A stretch of 64,000 bases of DNA, taken from NCBI RefSeq assembly GCF_056712565.1, contig NZ_CM160072.1. One strand, given 5' to 3'. The notes under the pieces are model-generated. The model worked only from the letters and a program-made list of their open reading frames with translations, was not told the DNA's origin and searched no databases. This document shows, piece after piece, positions 42,628 to 53,221 of the stretch; within the stretch, counting starts at the first letter, position 1, and each line of letters opens with the position of its first letter. The translations under genes and the position numbers were made by a program.

Positions 42628-45171
42628 ATGAGCAAAGTCAGACTCGCAATTATCGGTAACGGTATGGTCGGCCATCGCTTTATCGAAGATCTTCTTGATA
42701 AATCTGATGCGGCCAACTTTGATATTACCGTTTTCTGTGAAGAACCGCGCATCGCTTATGACCGCGTACACCTCTCGTCTTACTTCTCTCACCACACCGC
42801 CGAAGAGCTGTCGCTGGTGCGCGAAGGCTTCTACGAGAAACACGGCATCAAAGTTCTGGTCGGCGAACGCGCTATCACCATCAACCGTCAGGAGAAGGTG
42901 ATTCACTCCAGCGCCGGACGTACCGTTTTTTATGACAAGCTGATCATGGCGACCGGTTCCTACCCGTGGATCCCGCCAATTAAAGGTTCTGATACTCAGG
43001 ACTGCTTTGTCTATCGCACCATTGAAGACCTCAACGCCATTGAATCCTGCGCTCGTCGCAGCAAGCGCGGTGCCGTTGTTGGTGGCGGCCTGTTAGGTCT
43101 GGAAGCTGCTGGCGCGCTGAAAAACTTAGGCATTGAAACCCACGTTATCGAATTTGCCCCTATGCTGATGGCGGAACAGCTTGATCAGATGGGCGGCGAG
43201 CAGCTGCGTCGCAAAATCGAAAGTATGGGCGTGCGCGTTCACACCAGCAAAAACACTCTTGAGATTGTGCAGGAAGGTGTTGAAGCGCGTAAAACCATGC
43301 GTTTTGCCGACGGCAGCGAACTGGAAGTCGACTTTATCGTCTTCTCTACCGGTATCCGTCCGCGCGATAAGCTGGCAACCCAGTGTGGTCTGGACGTTGC
43401 TCCGCGTGGGGGTATCGTCATAAATGATTCCTGCCAGACTTCCGATCCGGATATCTACGCCATCGGTGAATGCGCAAGCTGGAACAACCGTGTATTTGGT
43501 CTGGTAGCACCAGGCTACAAAATGGCGCAGGTCGCCGTTGACCATATTCTTGGTAGCGAAAACGCCTTTGAAGGTGCAGACCTTAGCGCCAAGCTGAAAC
43601 TGCTGGGCGTAGACGTAGGCGGTATTGGTGATGCGCACGGTCGCACGCCTGGCGCACGTAGCTACGTTTACCTCGACGAAAGCAAAGAGATCTACAAACG
43701 CCTGATTGTCAGCGAAGACAACAAAACCCTGCTCGGTGCGGTACTGGTGGGCGATACCAGCGACTACGGCAACCTGCTGCAACTGGTGCTGAACGCTATC
43801 GAGCTGCCGGAAAACCCGGATTCCCTGATCCTGCCAGCGCACTCGGGTAGCGGTAAGCCGTCTATCGGTGTTGATAAACTGCCGGACAGCGCGCAAATCT
43901 GCTCCTGCTTCGACGTCACCAAAGGCGACCTGATTGCTGCTATCAACAAAGGCTGCCACACCGTTGCGGCGCTGAAAGCCGAAACCAAAGCCGGTACGGG
44001 CTGCGGCGGTTGTATTCCGCTGGTCACTCAGGTACTGAACGCGGAACTGGCGAAACAGGGTATCGAAGTTAACAACAACCTGTGTGAACACTTTGCTTAT
44101 TCGCGTCAGGAACTGTTCCATTTGATCCGCGTTGAAGGCATTAAAACCTTCGAAGAACTGCTGGCGAAACACGGCAAAGGTTACGGTTGTGAAGTTTGTA
44201 AACCGACCGTCGGTTCGCTGCTGGCCTCCTGCTGGAACGAATACATTCTGAAGCCGGAACATACTCCGCTGCAGGATTCTAACGACAACTTCCTCGCGAA
44301 CATCCAGAAAGACGGCACCTACTCGGTGATCCCGCGTTCTCCGGGCGGTGAAATCACCCCGGAAGGGCTGATGGCAGTGGGTCGTATCGCGCGTGAATTT
44401 AATCTCTACACCAAAATCACCGGCTCTCAGCGCCTGGCGATGTTTGGCGCACAGAAAGACGATCTGCCGGAGATCTGGCGTCAACTGATTGAAGCCGGCT
44501 TCGAAACCGGTCATGCCTATGCGAAAGCACTGCGTATGGCGAAAACCTGCGTGGGAAGCACCTGGTGCCGCTACGGTGTTGGCGACAGCGTCGGCCTCGG
44601 CGTGGAACTGGAAAACCGTTACAAAGGCATCCGTACGCCGCACAAAATGAAGTTCGGTGTCTCCGGCTGTACCCGTGAATGTTCAGAAGCTCAGGGTAAA
44701 GACGTGGGTATTATCGCCACCGAAAAAGGCTGGAACCTGTATGTTTGCGGTAACGGCGGCATGAAACCGCGTCATGCGGATCTGCTGGCAGCGGATATCG
44801 ATCGCGAAACGCTGATTAAATATCTTGACCGCTTCATGATGTTCTACATCCGTACTGCCGACAAACTGACGCGTACCGCGCCGTGGTTAGAAAACCTCGA
44901 AGGTGGCATCGATTACCTGAAAGCGGTGATCATTGACGACAAACTGGGGCTGAACGCACATCTGGAAGAAGAGATGGCGCGCCTGCGTGAAGCGGTAGTG
45001 TGTGAGTGGACTGAAACGGTCAATACCCCGTCTGCGCAGACTCGCTTCAAACACTTCATCAACAGCGATAAGCGTGACCCGAACGTGCAGATGGTGCCAG
45101 AGCGCGAACAGCACCGTCCGGCAACGCCGTATGAACGTATCCCGGTAACTCTGGTGGAGGACAACGCATGA
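42628..45171 (+). CDS. nirB: NADH-dependent nitrite reductase large subunit
   Basis: 847-aa ORF MSKVRLAIIGNGMVGHRFIEDLL... Confidence 0.97.
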   Translation: MSKVRLAIIGNGMVGHRFIEDLLDKSDAANFDITVFCEEPRIAYDRVHLSSYFSHHTAEELSLVREGFYEKHGIKVLVGERAITINRQEKVIHSSAGRTVFYDKLIMATGSYPWIPPIKGSDTQDCFVYRTIEDLNAIESCARRSKRGAVVGGGLLGLEAAGALKNLGIETHVIEFAPMLMAEQLDQMGGEQLRRKIESMGVRVHTSKNTLEIVQEGVEARKTMRFADGSELEVDFIVFSTGIRPRDKLATQCGLDVAPRGGIVINDSCQTSDPDIYAIGECASWNNRVFGLVAPGYKMAQVAVDHILGSENAFEGADLSAKLKLLGVDVGGIGDAHGRTPGARSYVYLDESKEIYKRLIVSEDNKTLLGAVLVGDTSDYGNLLQLVLNAIELPENPDSLILPAHSGSGKPSIGVDKLPDSAQICSCFDVTKGDLIAAINKGCHTVAALKAETKAGTGCGGCIPLVTQVLNAELAKQGIEVNNNLCEHFAYSRQELFHLIRVEGIKTFEELLAKHGKGYGCEVCKPTVGSLLASCWNEYILKPEHTPLQDSNDNFLANIQKDGTYSVIPRSPGGEITPEGLMAVGRIAREFNLYTKITGSQRLAMFGAQKDDLPEIWRQLIEAGFETGHAYAKALRMAKTCVGSTWCRYGVGDSVGLGVELENRYKGIRTPHKMKFGVSGCTRECSEAQGKDVGIIATEKGWNLYVCGNGGMKPRHADLLAADIDRETLIKYLDRFMMFYIRTADKLTRTAPWLENLEGGIDYLKAVIIDDKLGLNAHLEEEMARLREAVVCEWTETVNTPSAQTRFKHFINSDKRDPNVQMVPEREQHRPATPYERIPVTLVEDNA

Positions 45172-45494
45172 GCCAGTGGAAAGACATCTGCAAAATCGAT
45201 GACATCCTGCCTGAAACCGGCGTCTGCGCGCTGTTAGGTGACGAACAAGTAGCAATTTTCCGCCCGTATCACAGCGATCAGGTGTTTGCGATCAGCAACA
45301 TCGACCCGTTCTTCGAGTCCAGCGTGCTGTCACGCGGGTTGATTGCGGAACACCAGGGCGAGCTGTGGGTCGCCAGTCCGCTGAAAAAGCAGCGTTTTCG
45401 CTTAAGCGACGGCTTGTGCATGGAAGACGAACAGTTTTCCGTCAAGCATTACGACGCGCGAGTGAAAGACGGCGTGGTACAGCTGCGCGGTTAA
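45168..45494 (+). CDS. nirD: Nitrite reductase small subunit
   Basis: 108-aa Rieske-like ORF overlapping nirB stop. Confidence 0.95.
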   Translation: MSQWKDICKIDDILPETGVCALLGDEQVAIFRPYHSDQVFAISNIDPFFESSVLSRGLIAEHQGELWVASPLKKQRFRLSDGLCMEDEQFSVKHYDARVKDGVVQLRG

Positions 45495-45504
45495 TATTTT
45501 AACG

Positions 45505-45530
45505 GGAGGCGCAATGCCTCCCCTTTTTGC
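45505..45530 (+). terminator. Hairpin plus T-run after nirD (partial terminator/attenuator before nirC)
   Basis: gggaggc-gcaat-gcctccc followed by ctttttg. Confidence 0.55.
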
Positions 45531-45619
45531 ATGGTCCTGTAATAACCTTCGGTATATTGCAGGACATTTTTTAAACTTTTTGTTTTATTTTTTGTTTTTA
45601 TTTTTTAAAGGATAATCAA

Positions 45620-46426
45620 ATGTTTACAGACACTATTACTAAGTGTGCGGCTAACGCTGCGCGCATTGCACGCCTGTCGGCAAATAACCCGCTCGGCTTT
45701 TGGGTCAGCTCCGCCATGGCGGGCGCGTATGTGGGTCTTGGGATCATCCTGATTTTCACGCTCGGTAATTTGCTCGACCCGTCCGTACGTCCTCTGGTGA
45801 TGGGCGCGACCTTTGGTATCGCCTTAACGCTGGTCATTATTGCTGGTTCTGAACTGTTCACCGGACACACCATGTTCCTCACCTTTGGGGTGAAAGCGGG
45901 CACTATCAGCCACGGGCAAATGTGGGCAATCCTGCCGCAAACCTGGCTGGGTAACCTGGTCGGTTCCGTCTTCGTTGCCATGCTTTATAGCTGGGGCGGC
46001 GGTAGCCTGCTGCCGGTCGATACCAGCATCGTTCACTCCGTTGCGCTGGCTAAAACCACTGCACCGGCAATGGTACTGTTCTTCAAAGGTGCATTGTGTA
46101 ACTGGCTGGTTTGCCTGGCTATCTGGATGGCATTGCGTACAGAAGGGGCGGCGAAATTTATCGCTATCTGGTGGTGTCTGCTGGCATTTATCGCGTCCGG
46201 CTACGAGCACTCCATCGCTAACATGACGCTGTTCGCCCTCTCCTGGTTCGGCAACCACAGCGAAGCCTACACGCTGGCGGGTATTGGTCATAACCTGCTG
46301 TGGGTGACGCTGGGTAATACTTTATCAGGTGCCGTATTCATGGGATTGGGTTATTGGTATGCTACGCCGAAAGCGAATCGTCCGGTTGCGGACAAATTTA
46401 ATCAAACTGAAACGGCTGCCGGTTAA
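45620..46426 (+). CDS. nirC: Nitrite transporter NirC (formate/nitrite transporter family)
   Basis: 268-aa membrane ORF. Confidence 0.95.
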   Translation: MFTDTITKCAANAARIARLSANNPLGFWVSSAMAGAYVGLGIILIFTLGNLLDPSVRPLVMGATFGIALTLVIIAGSELFTGHTMFLTFGVKAGTISHGQMWAILPQTWLGNLVGSVFVAMLYSWGGGSLLPVDTSIVHSVALAKTTAPAMVLFFKGALCNWLVCLAIWMALRTEGAAKFIAIWWCLLAFIASGYEHSIANMTLFALSWFGNHSEAYTLAGIGHNLLWVTLGNTLSGAVFMGLGYWYATPKANRPVADKFNQTETAAG

Positions 46427-46444
46427 TTACTAAGGGGTTTTTAC

Positions 46445-47818
46445 GTGGATCATTTGCCTATATTTTGCCAATTACGCGATCGCGACTGTCTGATTGTCGG
46501 CGGTGGTGATGTCGCGGAACGCAAAGCAAGGTTGCTGTTAGACGCAGGCGCTCGCTTAACGGTGAATGCATTAGCGTTTATTCCACAGTTCACCGCATGG
46601 GCAGATGCAGGCATGTTAACCCTCGTCGAAGGGCCATTTGATGAAAGCCTTCTCGACACCTGCTGGCTGGCGATTGCAGCGACAGATGATGACGCGCTTA
46701 ACCAGCGCGTCAGCGAAGCCGCTGAATCTCGTCGTATCTTCTGTAACGTGGTCGATGCGCCGAAAGCCGCCAGCTTTATTATGCCGTCGATTATTGACCG
46801 CTCACCGCTCATGGTAGCGGTATCCTCTGGCGGTACTTCTCCGGTTCTGGCGCGCCTGTTGCGCGAAAAACTCGAATCACTGCTGCCGTTACATCTGGGC
46901 CAGGTAGCGAAATACGCCGGGCAATTACGCGGGCGAGTAAAACAGCAGTTCGCCACGATGGGTGAGCGTCGCCGTTTCTGGGAGAAATTGTTCGTTAACG
47001 ACCGCCTGGCGCAGTCGCTGGCCAACAACGATCAGAAAGCCATTACTGAAACCACCGAACAGTTAATCAATGAACCGCTCGACCATCGCGGTGAAGTGGT
47101 GCTGGTTGGTGCAGGTCCGGGCGATGCCGGGCTGCTGACACTGAAAGGTCTGCAACAAATTCAGCAGGCAGATGTGGTGGTCTACGACCGTCTGGTTTCT
47201 GACGATATTATGAATCTGATACGCCGCGATGCTGATCGCGTTTTCGTCGGCAAACGCGCGGGATACCACTGCGTACCGCAGGAAGAGATTAACCAGATCT
47301 TGCTGCGGGAAGCGCAAAAAGGTAAACGCGTGGTGCGTCTGAAAGGCGGCGATCCGTTTATTTTCGGGCGTGGCGGAGAAGAGCTGGAAACACTGTGCAA
47401 CGCGGGTATTCCGTTCTCGGTGGTTCCGGGTATTACCGCAGCTTCTGGTTGCTCTGCCTATTCGGGTATTCCGCTCACGCATCGCGATTATGCCCAGAGC
47501 GTACGCTTAATTACCGGACACTTAAAAACCGGTGGCGAGCTGGACTGGGAAAACCTGGCGGCAGAAAAACAGACGCTGGTGTTCTATATGGGGCTGAATC
47601 AGGCTGCAACTATTCAGCAAAAGCTGATTGAATACGGTATGCCTGGTGAAATGCCGGTGGCAATTGTCGAAAACGGAACGGCAGTCACGCAGCGCGTGAT
47701 TGACGGTACGCTCACGCAGCTGGGCGAACTGGCGCAGCAAATGAACAGTCCATCGCTAATTATTATTGGTCGGGTTGTTGGCCTGCGCGATAAATTGAAC
47801 TGGTTCTCTAACCATTAA
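46445..47818 (+). CDS. cysG: Siroheme synthase (uroporphyrinogen-III methyltransferase / precorrin-2 dehydrogenase / ferrochelatase)
   Basis: 457-aa ORF with N-terminal NAD-binding domain and C-terminal methyltransferase domain. Confidence 0.97.
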   Translation: MDHLPIFCQLRDRDCLIVGGGDVAERKARLLLDAGARLTVNALAFIPQFTAWADAGMLTLVEGPFDESLLDTCWLAIAATDDDALNQRVSEAAESRRIFCNVVDAPKAASFIMPSIIDRSPLMVAVSSGGTSPVLARLLREKLESLLPLHLGQVAKYAGQLRGRVKQQFATMGERRRFWEKLFVNDRLAQSLANNDQKAITETTEQLINEPLDHRGEVVLVGAGPGDAGLLTLKGLQQIQQADVVVYDRLVSDDIMNLIRRDADRVFVGKRAGYHCVPQEEINQILLREAQKGKRVVRLKGGDPFIFGRGGEELETLCNAGIPFSVVPGITAASGCSAYSGIPLTHRDYAQSVRLITGHLKTGGELDWENLAAEKQTLVFYMGLNQAATIQQKLIEYGMPGEMPVAIVENGTAVTQRVIDGTLTQLGELAQQMNSPSLIIIGRVVGLRDKLNWFSNH

Positions 47819-47827
47819 TTTAACCAG

Positions 47828-47852
47828 GGCCAGAGAAGTCTGGCCTTTTTCG
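47828..47852 (+). terminator. Rho-independent terminator of cysG
   Basis: ggccaga-gaag-tctggcc followed by ttttt, 10 bp past the stop. Confidence 0.7.
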
Positions 47853-48069
47853 TTTACAACTCTCTTTATATATTCAGCAGATAAAAACATAACCCCTTAA
47901 TAAATATTGTCTGCTAATGGGTTATATTCACCGTTACAGCGACTTACAAAATTAAGTCAATCGCTTACTGACGCTAATTGAATATTCCTGTATCGTTCTT
48001 AATGAGCAGTCTGCTTATATTCATATAATCAATGAATATTAATTAATATATAATACATAGGGAATGTAA

Positions 48070-48237
48070 ATGAACAAATTTATTAAAGTTGCACTGGTAG
48101 GCGCAGTACTGGCTACGTTAACTGCATGTACTGGTCATATTGAAAACCGTGATAAGAACTGCTCTTACGACTACCTGCTGCACCCGGCTATTTCTATTTC
48201 TAAAATCATTGGCGGTTGCGGTCCGACTGCACAGTAA
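48070..48237 (+). CDS. yhfL: Small lipoprotein YhfL
   Basis: 55-aa ORF MNKFIKVALVGAVLATLTAC... with lipobox LTAC; below the ORF-track size cutoff. Confidence 0.7.
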   Translation: MNKFIKVALVGAVLATLTACTGHIENRDKNCSYDYLLHPAISISKIIGGCGPTAQ

Positions 48238-48279
48238 GTCTCTGACAGAAATCGGCTAACGCCGGTTTAATTGCCTGAC

Positions 48280-48315
48280 GCCCTCGGAGTTATCCGAGGG
48301 CGTATTTGTTTCTGC
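48280..48315 (+). terminator. Rho-independent terminator of yhfL
   Basis: cgccctcgga-gtta-tccgagggcg followed by a T-rich run. Confidence 0.65.
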
Positions 48316-48344
48316 ATTCTTTTCAAAAATATCGTTTACAACGA

Positions 48345-49430
48345 TTAAATGCTGGCAATACTTTCACGCAAGATCCGCAATATCGTCTCTTCACCGCTGC
48401 GATTTGGGTTAATGCGAATCGCGCAATGTTCTAACTGCGGATTCGCCTGGCGAAACGTTCCGGAAAGTCGATAAAAGAGCGGCGGGATTTCATATTTTGA
48501 CTCTGCACCAACCGGGTAAGGCAAGGCACCGAGTTTCTGCGCCTCTTCCAGCACTCTGGCGGCAATCGGCTGATGAAACTCCACAATCAATACCTTCGAC
48601 TGTGCATTGGCAATGACGGCGCTTTTCACTTCCACCACCGCGCCGCCGTTAAGCAAAGCCAGCAACCGTTCAGATACCCCCGCCTGCACCGCGTGCATCA
48701 CTGGCGCGAGCACCAGACCACGCAACACCTCTAATGCCTGCGCCCCCTGAATCTGACTGCCGCCGGAATAGAGCGTGGCGCGAATCCGGCTAATAACATC
48801 GGCATCGCCTACCACCGCACCAACGCCCTCTGGCCCAAATAGCTTGAAGCAGGAAAATGTCGACACATTCGCCCCGCATTCGCAGCCGATTCGCGCTACC
48901 TTCATCACCGCATAGTTGTCATCGGTTAACGCTGGAACACCTGCCGCGCGCAACGTTGCCAGCACGTCTGCCAGCACATAGCGGTCCTGCGGCTGCTGGC
49001 GCGTATGCTGCACCAGCGCTGCATCAGGTTGTTGCTCGTCAACAACCTGCTTCAGTGCCGACAGATCATTGAAATCAGCCGTAATGAGCGTTAGCCCCAT
49101 CTGCTCAATAATAACCCGTGTCGTCGGGTAAACAGGCGCGTCATGCACCAGAAGACGCTGCCCCGATTTGAGCAAAGCCGCCAGTGCCGCACGGATCGCG
49201 CCAGTACCCGCGCCCTGTACCAGCGCCGCGGCCTGTGCGTGAAACGCGTCAGCCAGCACCTGTTCCACACGCTGGGTAATGCGGGGCTGATTTAGCCCCG
49301 GCGTTAAGCCCAAATCACCGCAGGTAAGAAACTCGCAGCCAGGAAAATGACGGCAAATCGTGTCCACCAGCGCAAACTGCTTTTGCTGCGCCTCAATAAG
49401 CGTCAGGCTTTGCAGAGGAAACGTCTTCAT
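48345..49430 (-). CDS. yhfS: Putative PLP-dependent enzyme YhfS
   Basis: 361-aa ORF. Confidence 0.8.
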   Translation of the reverse strand: MKTFPLQSLTLIEAQQKQFALVDTICRHFPGCEFLTCGDLGLTPGLNQPRITQRVEQVLADAFHAQAAALVQGAGTGAIRAALAALLKSGQRLLVHDAPVYPTTRVIIEQMGLTLITADFNDLSALKQVVDEQQPDAALVQHTRQQPQDRYVLADVLATLRAAGVPALTDDNYAVMKVARIGCECGANVSTFSCFKLFGPEGVGAVVGDADVISRIRATLYSGGSQIQGAQALEVLRGLVLAPVMHAVQAGVSERLLALLNGGAVVEVKSAVIANAQSKVLIVEFHQPIAARVLEEAQKLGALPYPVGAESKYEIPPLFYRLSGTFRQANPQLEHCAIRINPNRSGEETILRILRESIASI

Positions 49431-49441
49431 AGGTGCCTTCC

Positions 49442-50746
49442 TTAAGCCGGAACGAACAGGCCAAGCCAGTAAAGAACATTCAGCAGGATGCCGGTGATCA
49501 TTACTGCTACGACCGGTGCCGCCATTTTCTGTACCGGACGGCCCAGGGATTCGTTGAGGAAGTAAATGGCAACCGCGATAGAGAATCCGGTATAGCCCGC
49601 CATTTTGATTGCTGCAAAGATCGAACCGACCAGCAACGCCACTTCCATCAGCATATTCATGGCGTTACGGATGTTATCCGACGCATTACGTACCGACGGG
49701 TAGCGCCCCAACCATTTGCCGATCGAACGAAGCAGCAAGACTTCCGCCGAAATAACCACTGCGCCTAATACCGCTGCAACCATCGGATTCGGCGAGAGAT
49801 AGCCCACCGCATAAACAAAGGTAAAGCCCGCAACTGCATACACACCGGTGGCTAACGCCGTGGTGGCAATCAACGGCACAAAACCCAGCCCGCGCATAAA
49901 TTCTGCCAGTGCCGCCTGGTTGATTAGTGTTTGCGATTGTTCCGGCGTTACGCCTGCGGAGTACGCTTTCTCCAGTGTGAAGATCGACACTTCACTACCG
50001 GCGAAAATCTTCATGCTGGCAACGGCAGCAATCAATGCACCCACGATGGCGATATACGGTAAGTTTTTGATAATCCGTGATGTACGCTCTTCAAACACCG
50101 ACATACCGCTGGCATCGATATCATTTTCATCACGATGACGCAGGTCATGAGTTATTGCGATCCCCAGCAGCATCACCATGCCAATAAAGATTTCGATGGA
50201 TTCAGGGTTAAGATGTGGGGAATAGCGCACTACCACCACACGAGTCATCAGTACCACCACGGCGGCGATCAGACTTTGCTTCCAGCCAAACTGGTAGAAA
50301 ATCGCCACCAACGGGAACAGTGCAAAAGCTGAAACCACCGGCGAGCTTAATTCCCCCAGGCTACCTAATACATCCACCGGTAGCGCGGTCAGCAGCTGGT
50401 TTACTGGCAACAGACAGGTGAGGATCAATATTCCCCAGATAGCACCAAGACCAAACGCCATCAGGCTGTTTATCGCCAGTACGCCGAGGATATCGGTAGG
50501 AAGAAAGAGTAACCATGCGTTGAGCAGCCCGTTTTTCAGGGTAAAAGAGATCCCCACCGAGGCCACAAAACCAATGCTCAGACCAAAAGCGATACTCCCC
50601 GCCTCGCGACGGTTCATATAGCCTTCAATCAGTTGTGGCAGGATCGGGCGGATACCGTCATGAAAAACGGCCGCCGAGCGATGCGCCAGAAGCGATGTCA
50701 TACCCGTCAGGCACGCCACCACGATAATCTGAATATACAGATCCAT
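49442..50746 (-). CDS. yhfT: Polytopic inner-membrane protein YhfT (putative transporter)
   Basis: 434-aa multi-TM ORF. Confidence 0.8.
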   Translation of the reverse strand: MDLYIQIIVVACLTGMTSLLAHRSAAVFHDGIRPILPQLIEGYMNRREAGSIAFGLSIGFVASVGISFTLKNGLLNAWLLFLPTDILGVLAINSLMAFGLGAIWGILILTCLLPVNQLLTALPVDVLGSLGELSSPVVSAFALFPLVAIFYQFGWKQSLIAAVVVLMTRVVVVRYSPHLNPESIEIFIGMVMLLGIAITHDLRHRDENDIDASGMSVFEERTSRIIKNLPYIAIVGALIAAVASMKIFAGSEVSIFTLEKAYSAGVTPEQSQTLINQAALAEFMRGLGFVPLIATTALATGVYAVAGFTFVYAVGYLSPNPMVAAVLGAVVISAEVLLLRSIGKWLGRYPSVRNASDNIRNAMNMLMEVALLVGSIFAAIKMAGYTGFSIAVAIYFLNESLGRPVQKMAAPVVAVMITGILLNVLYWLGLFVPA

Positions 50747-50757
50747 AGTCGTGCCTT

Positions 50758-51111
50758 TTATTTCAGATGGTTAATCAGCATCGGAATCGCGTGTTCAACG
50801 TGCTCAACGGAAAGGCCAAACGCCACTTTTCCTTCAGCGATCATTTTGGCGATATGTTCGTCTTTCGCTTTAATGCCCGGCTTGGCAATGGTGCAACTTT
50901 TGTTATAGCCAATCACCGCGATAGCAATCGACAATGCCGCGCCCGCACCGGTATTACACGCACCGATGTAGTAATCCAGTTGCCCGGATTTCACTTTCAT
51001 TGCCGCTTCCATGTCGTTGTGAATGAAAACTTCAAAACAGCCAGGAGCCGTCGCTTCAATGGTTTTTTTAATCTGCTCACGCTGTAAGCCTGCAACGCCA
51101 ATCTTTTTCAT
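50758..51111 (-). CDS. yhfU: Uncharacterised protein YhfU
   Basis: ~117-aa ORF from MKKIGVAGLQ... Confidence 0.75.
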   Translation of the reverse strand: MKKIGVAGLQREQIKKTIEATAPGCFEVFIHNDMEAAMKVKSGQLDYYIGACNTGAGAALSIAIAVIGYNKSCTIAKPGIKAKDEHIAKMIAEGKVAFGLSVEHVEHAIPMLINHLK

Positions 51112-51121
51112 GAGTCTGTCC

Positions 51122-51998
51122 TTATTGGAAAAATTGAGAGGGATTTTCACGTAACATCACATCCACATCGGCCTGACTGAATCCTGACTGGCGCAATTGC
51201 GGAATAAAGGTGGTCAATAAAAAGTCATAGCCATAACCACCGTTGGCTTTTAAATGAGAGCGCCGCGTAATATCCATCGACAGCATGACGCGGTTCAGCA
51301 ACCCACGGTCACGTAGCGCATGGAGCATCGCAATGCGCTTTTCGTCCGGGTAGTAACTGTTCTTGCCGATGGTGTCGAACTGCACATACGCGCCGAGATC
51401 GATCATCTTCAAAATGTTGTCGAGATTGTCTTTCAGATCGCAGTGGCCGACGGTGACGCGCGAAAGATCAACTCCGTGGGCTTGCAACAGAGCCAGTTGC
51501 TCCAGCCCCATCGTGCTGAACGACGTATGCGTGGAGATCGGGCGTCCGGTCTGGTTATGTGCCAGCGCGGCGGCAATAAACACCTTCTCTTCCAGCGGCG
51601 TAATCTTCCCTTCGCTGGAGCCAATCTCCGCGATGATCCCGGCTTTCAGGTCAGTGCCATCGATACCCTGCTCAATTTCATCGACCATCTCCTGCGCCAG
51701 TTCCTGCACGCTGCGGGTCGCCACATGTTCCGGGAAAAACGCGTCCTGGTAATAACCGGTACAGGCCACCACGTTGATCCCGGTTTCGCGCATTACATCG
51801 AGCATAAATTGCACATTGCGCCCCATGTAACGGTTGGTCATCTCAATCACATTACGCACGCCCCGGGCCATCAGGTCGTTCATCTCCTGGCAAATGAACG
51901 CATACTGATCAAGGCGGCAGTCCGTTGTTTTTAAAGCCGGAAAGATCAATATGCAGATGCTCATGGGCAAGGGTGTAGCCCGTCGGATCAAAACTCAT
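51122..51998 (-). pseudogene. php: Phosphotriesterase homology protein Php, frameshifted near 51922
   Basis: ATG at 51998 (overlapping the yhfW stop) encodes [29 protein letters not shown] ending at 51909; the rest of the protein (DCRLDQYAFICQEMNDL...) is in another frame. Confidence 0.85.
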
Positions 51999-53221
51999 AG
52001 GGTGTCTCCTGCAAACCGGAAGGAGGAAAGAAAAGAGCGACCATTTTGTGGCGGTGGCGCACGGAAAAATTCACACACTGTAGCCCCCACATCAGAAAGC
52101 GTGGTGCGCACACCGAGCTGCGTAGCGACCAGTCCTTGCTGATAAACCAGCACTGGCACCACTTCGCGGGTATGGTGGCTGTGACCAATGGTCGGATCGT
52201 TACCGTGATCCGCCATCACGACCAGGCAATCATCTGGCTGCATCGCCTCAACAAGCCGGGCAAGGTTACGGTCAACGACCTGCAAACGTTCGGCATAACG
52301 TGCGACGTCTTCTGCATGACCAGCGAGGTCGGTTTCCTGGATATTGGTACAAATAAACGCCGTCGGATAGGTGTTAAATTCGTTGAGGGTGATATCCATA
52401 ATCCGCTGGCTATCCACCAGGTTTTGCCAGCTCACGCCATAAGGATTGCTGACGATATCTGCCACCTTACCCACCAGCACGGTTGGCACGCCCGCTTCAT
52501 ACAGTTTTTGCGGCACCTGCACTTTTTCATCAACACCGTAGCCCATATGTACGACCTGGAAACCGTTGTCATAGGCGCCAGAACGCGGCGCATTGATGCC
52601 AATAAAGCGCCCTTCTTTGCTTTCTGCGGCATCGAGAATGCGTTGACTGTCGGGTAACAGGCCGCCAAATGTAATGACCCGACCGACCTGTACCTGCTCA
52701 CGCACAATACGACCCATTTTGATTGCGTCGTCAAAAGAGATCACAGAGAGATTGGCGGTGATGTTATAGACCTGGCCTAAATCCGCCTCGAGATTATCGC
52801 CAATCGCAACCGCCTGATTGACCCACAGAAATTGCAGATCATCGCCACGACGCTCCACCTGCCAACCGGCGGATACTAATGCCTGCTCAACACGGTCAAT
52901 CACATCACGAAAGGGCATCCGCAGCGGCGGTAATGGGCGCGTACCTAAAATCTCCTGATGCCCCATAAAGGTATCGCCACCTTCATGTTGCAGTTCCGCC
53001 ACGCCCCAGGTGGAGGAGTCTGACGGCTGCATATCGCCAGGCGCATAACCCAATGCGTTGATTAGCCCCAGCGTCTCCAGCGTTGGTAGCTGCAAATGCG
53101 GCAACTGGCTCAGGATGTGACCACAGGTATTCGCCCCGGCATCCTGCGGACGCACCAACGTGACATCTTTCATTGCCCCTACGCCAAAGCTATCAATCAC
53201 TAACACCACAAATCGCGCCAT
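51995..53221 (-). CDS. yhfW: Phosphopentomutase-like metalloenzyme YhfW
   Basis: 408-aa ORF. Confidence 0.8.
   Translation of the reverse strand: MARFVVLVIDSFGVGAMKDVTLVRPQDAGANTCGHILSQLPHLQLPTLETLGLINALGYAPGDMQPSDSSTWGVAELQHEGGDTFMGHQEILGTRPLPPLRMPFRDVIDRVEQALVSAGWQVERRGDDLQFLWVNQAVAIGDNLEADLGQVYNITANLSVISFDDAIKMGRIVREQVQVGRVITFGGLLPDSQRILDAAESKEGRFIGINAPRSGAYDNGFQVVHMGYGVDEKVQVPQKLYEAGVPTVLVGKVADIVSNPYGVSWQNLVDSQRIMDITLNEFNTYPTAFICTNIQETDLAGHAEDVARYAERLQVVDRNLARLVEAMQPDDCLVVMADHGNDPTIGHSHHTREVVPVLVYQQGLVATQLGVRTTLSDVGATVCEFFRAPPPQNGRSFLSSFRFAGDTL

Noticed and set aside
43126-44643. 505-aa minus-strand ORF inside nirB
   Set aside because: Antisense to a well-supported nirB reading frame; Arg/Thr/Phe-rich low-complexity translation typical of GC-biased antisense frames.
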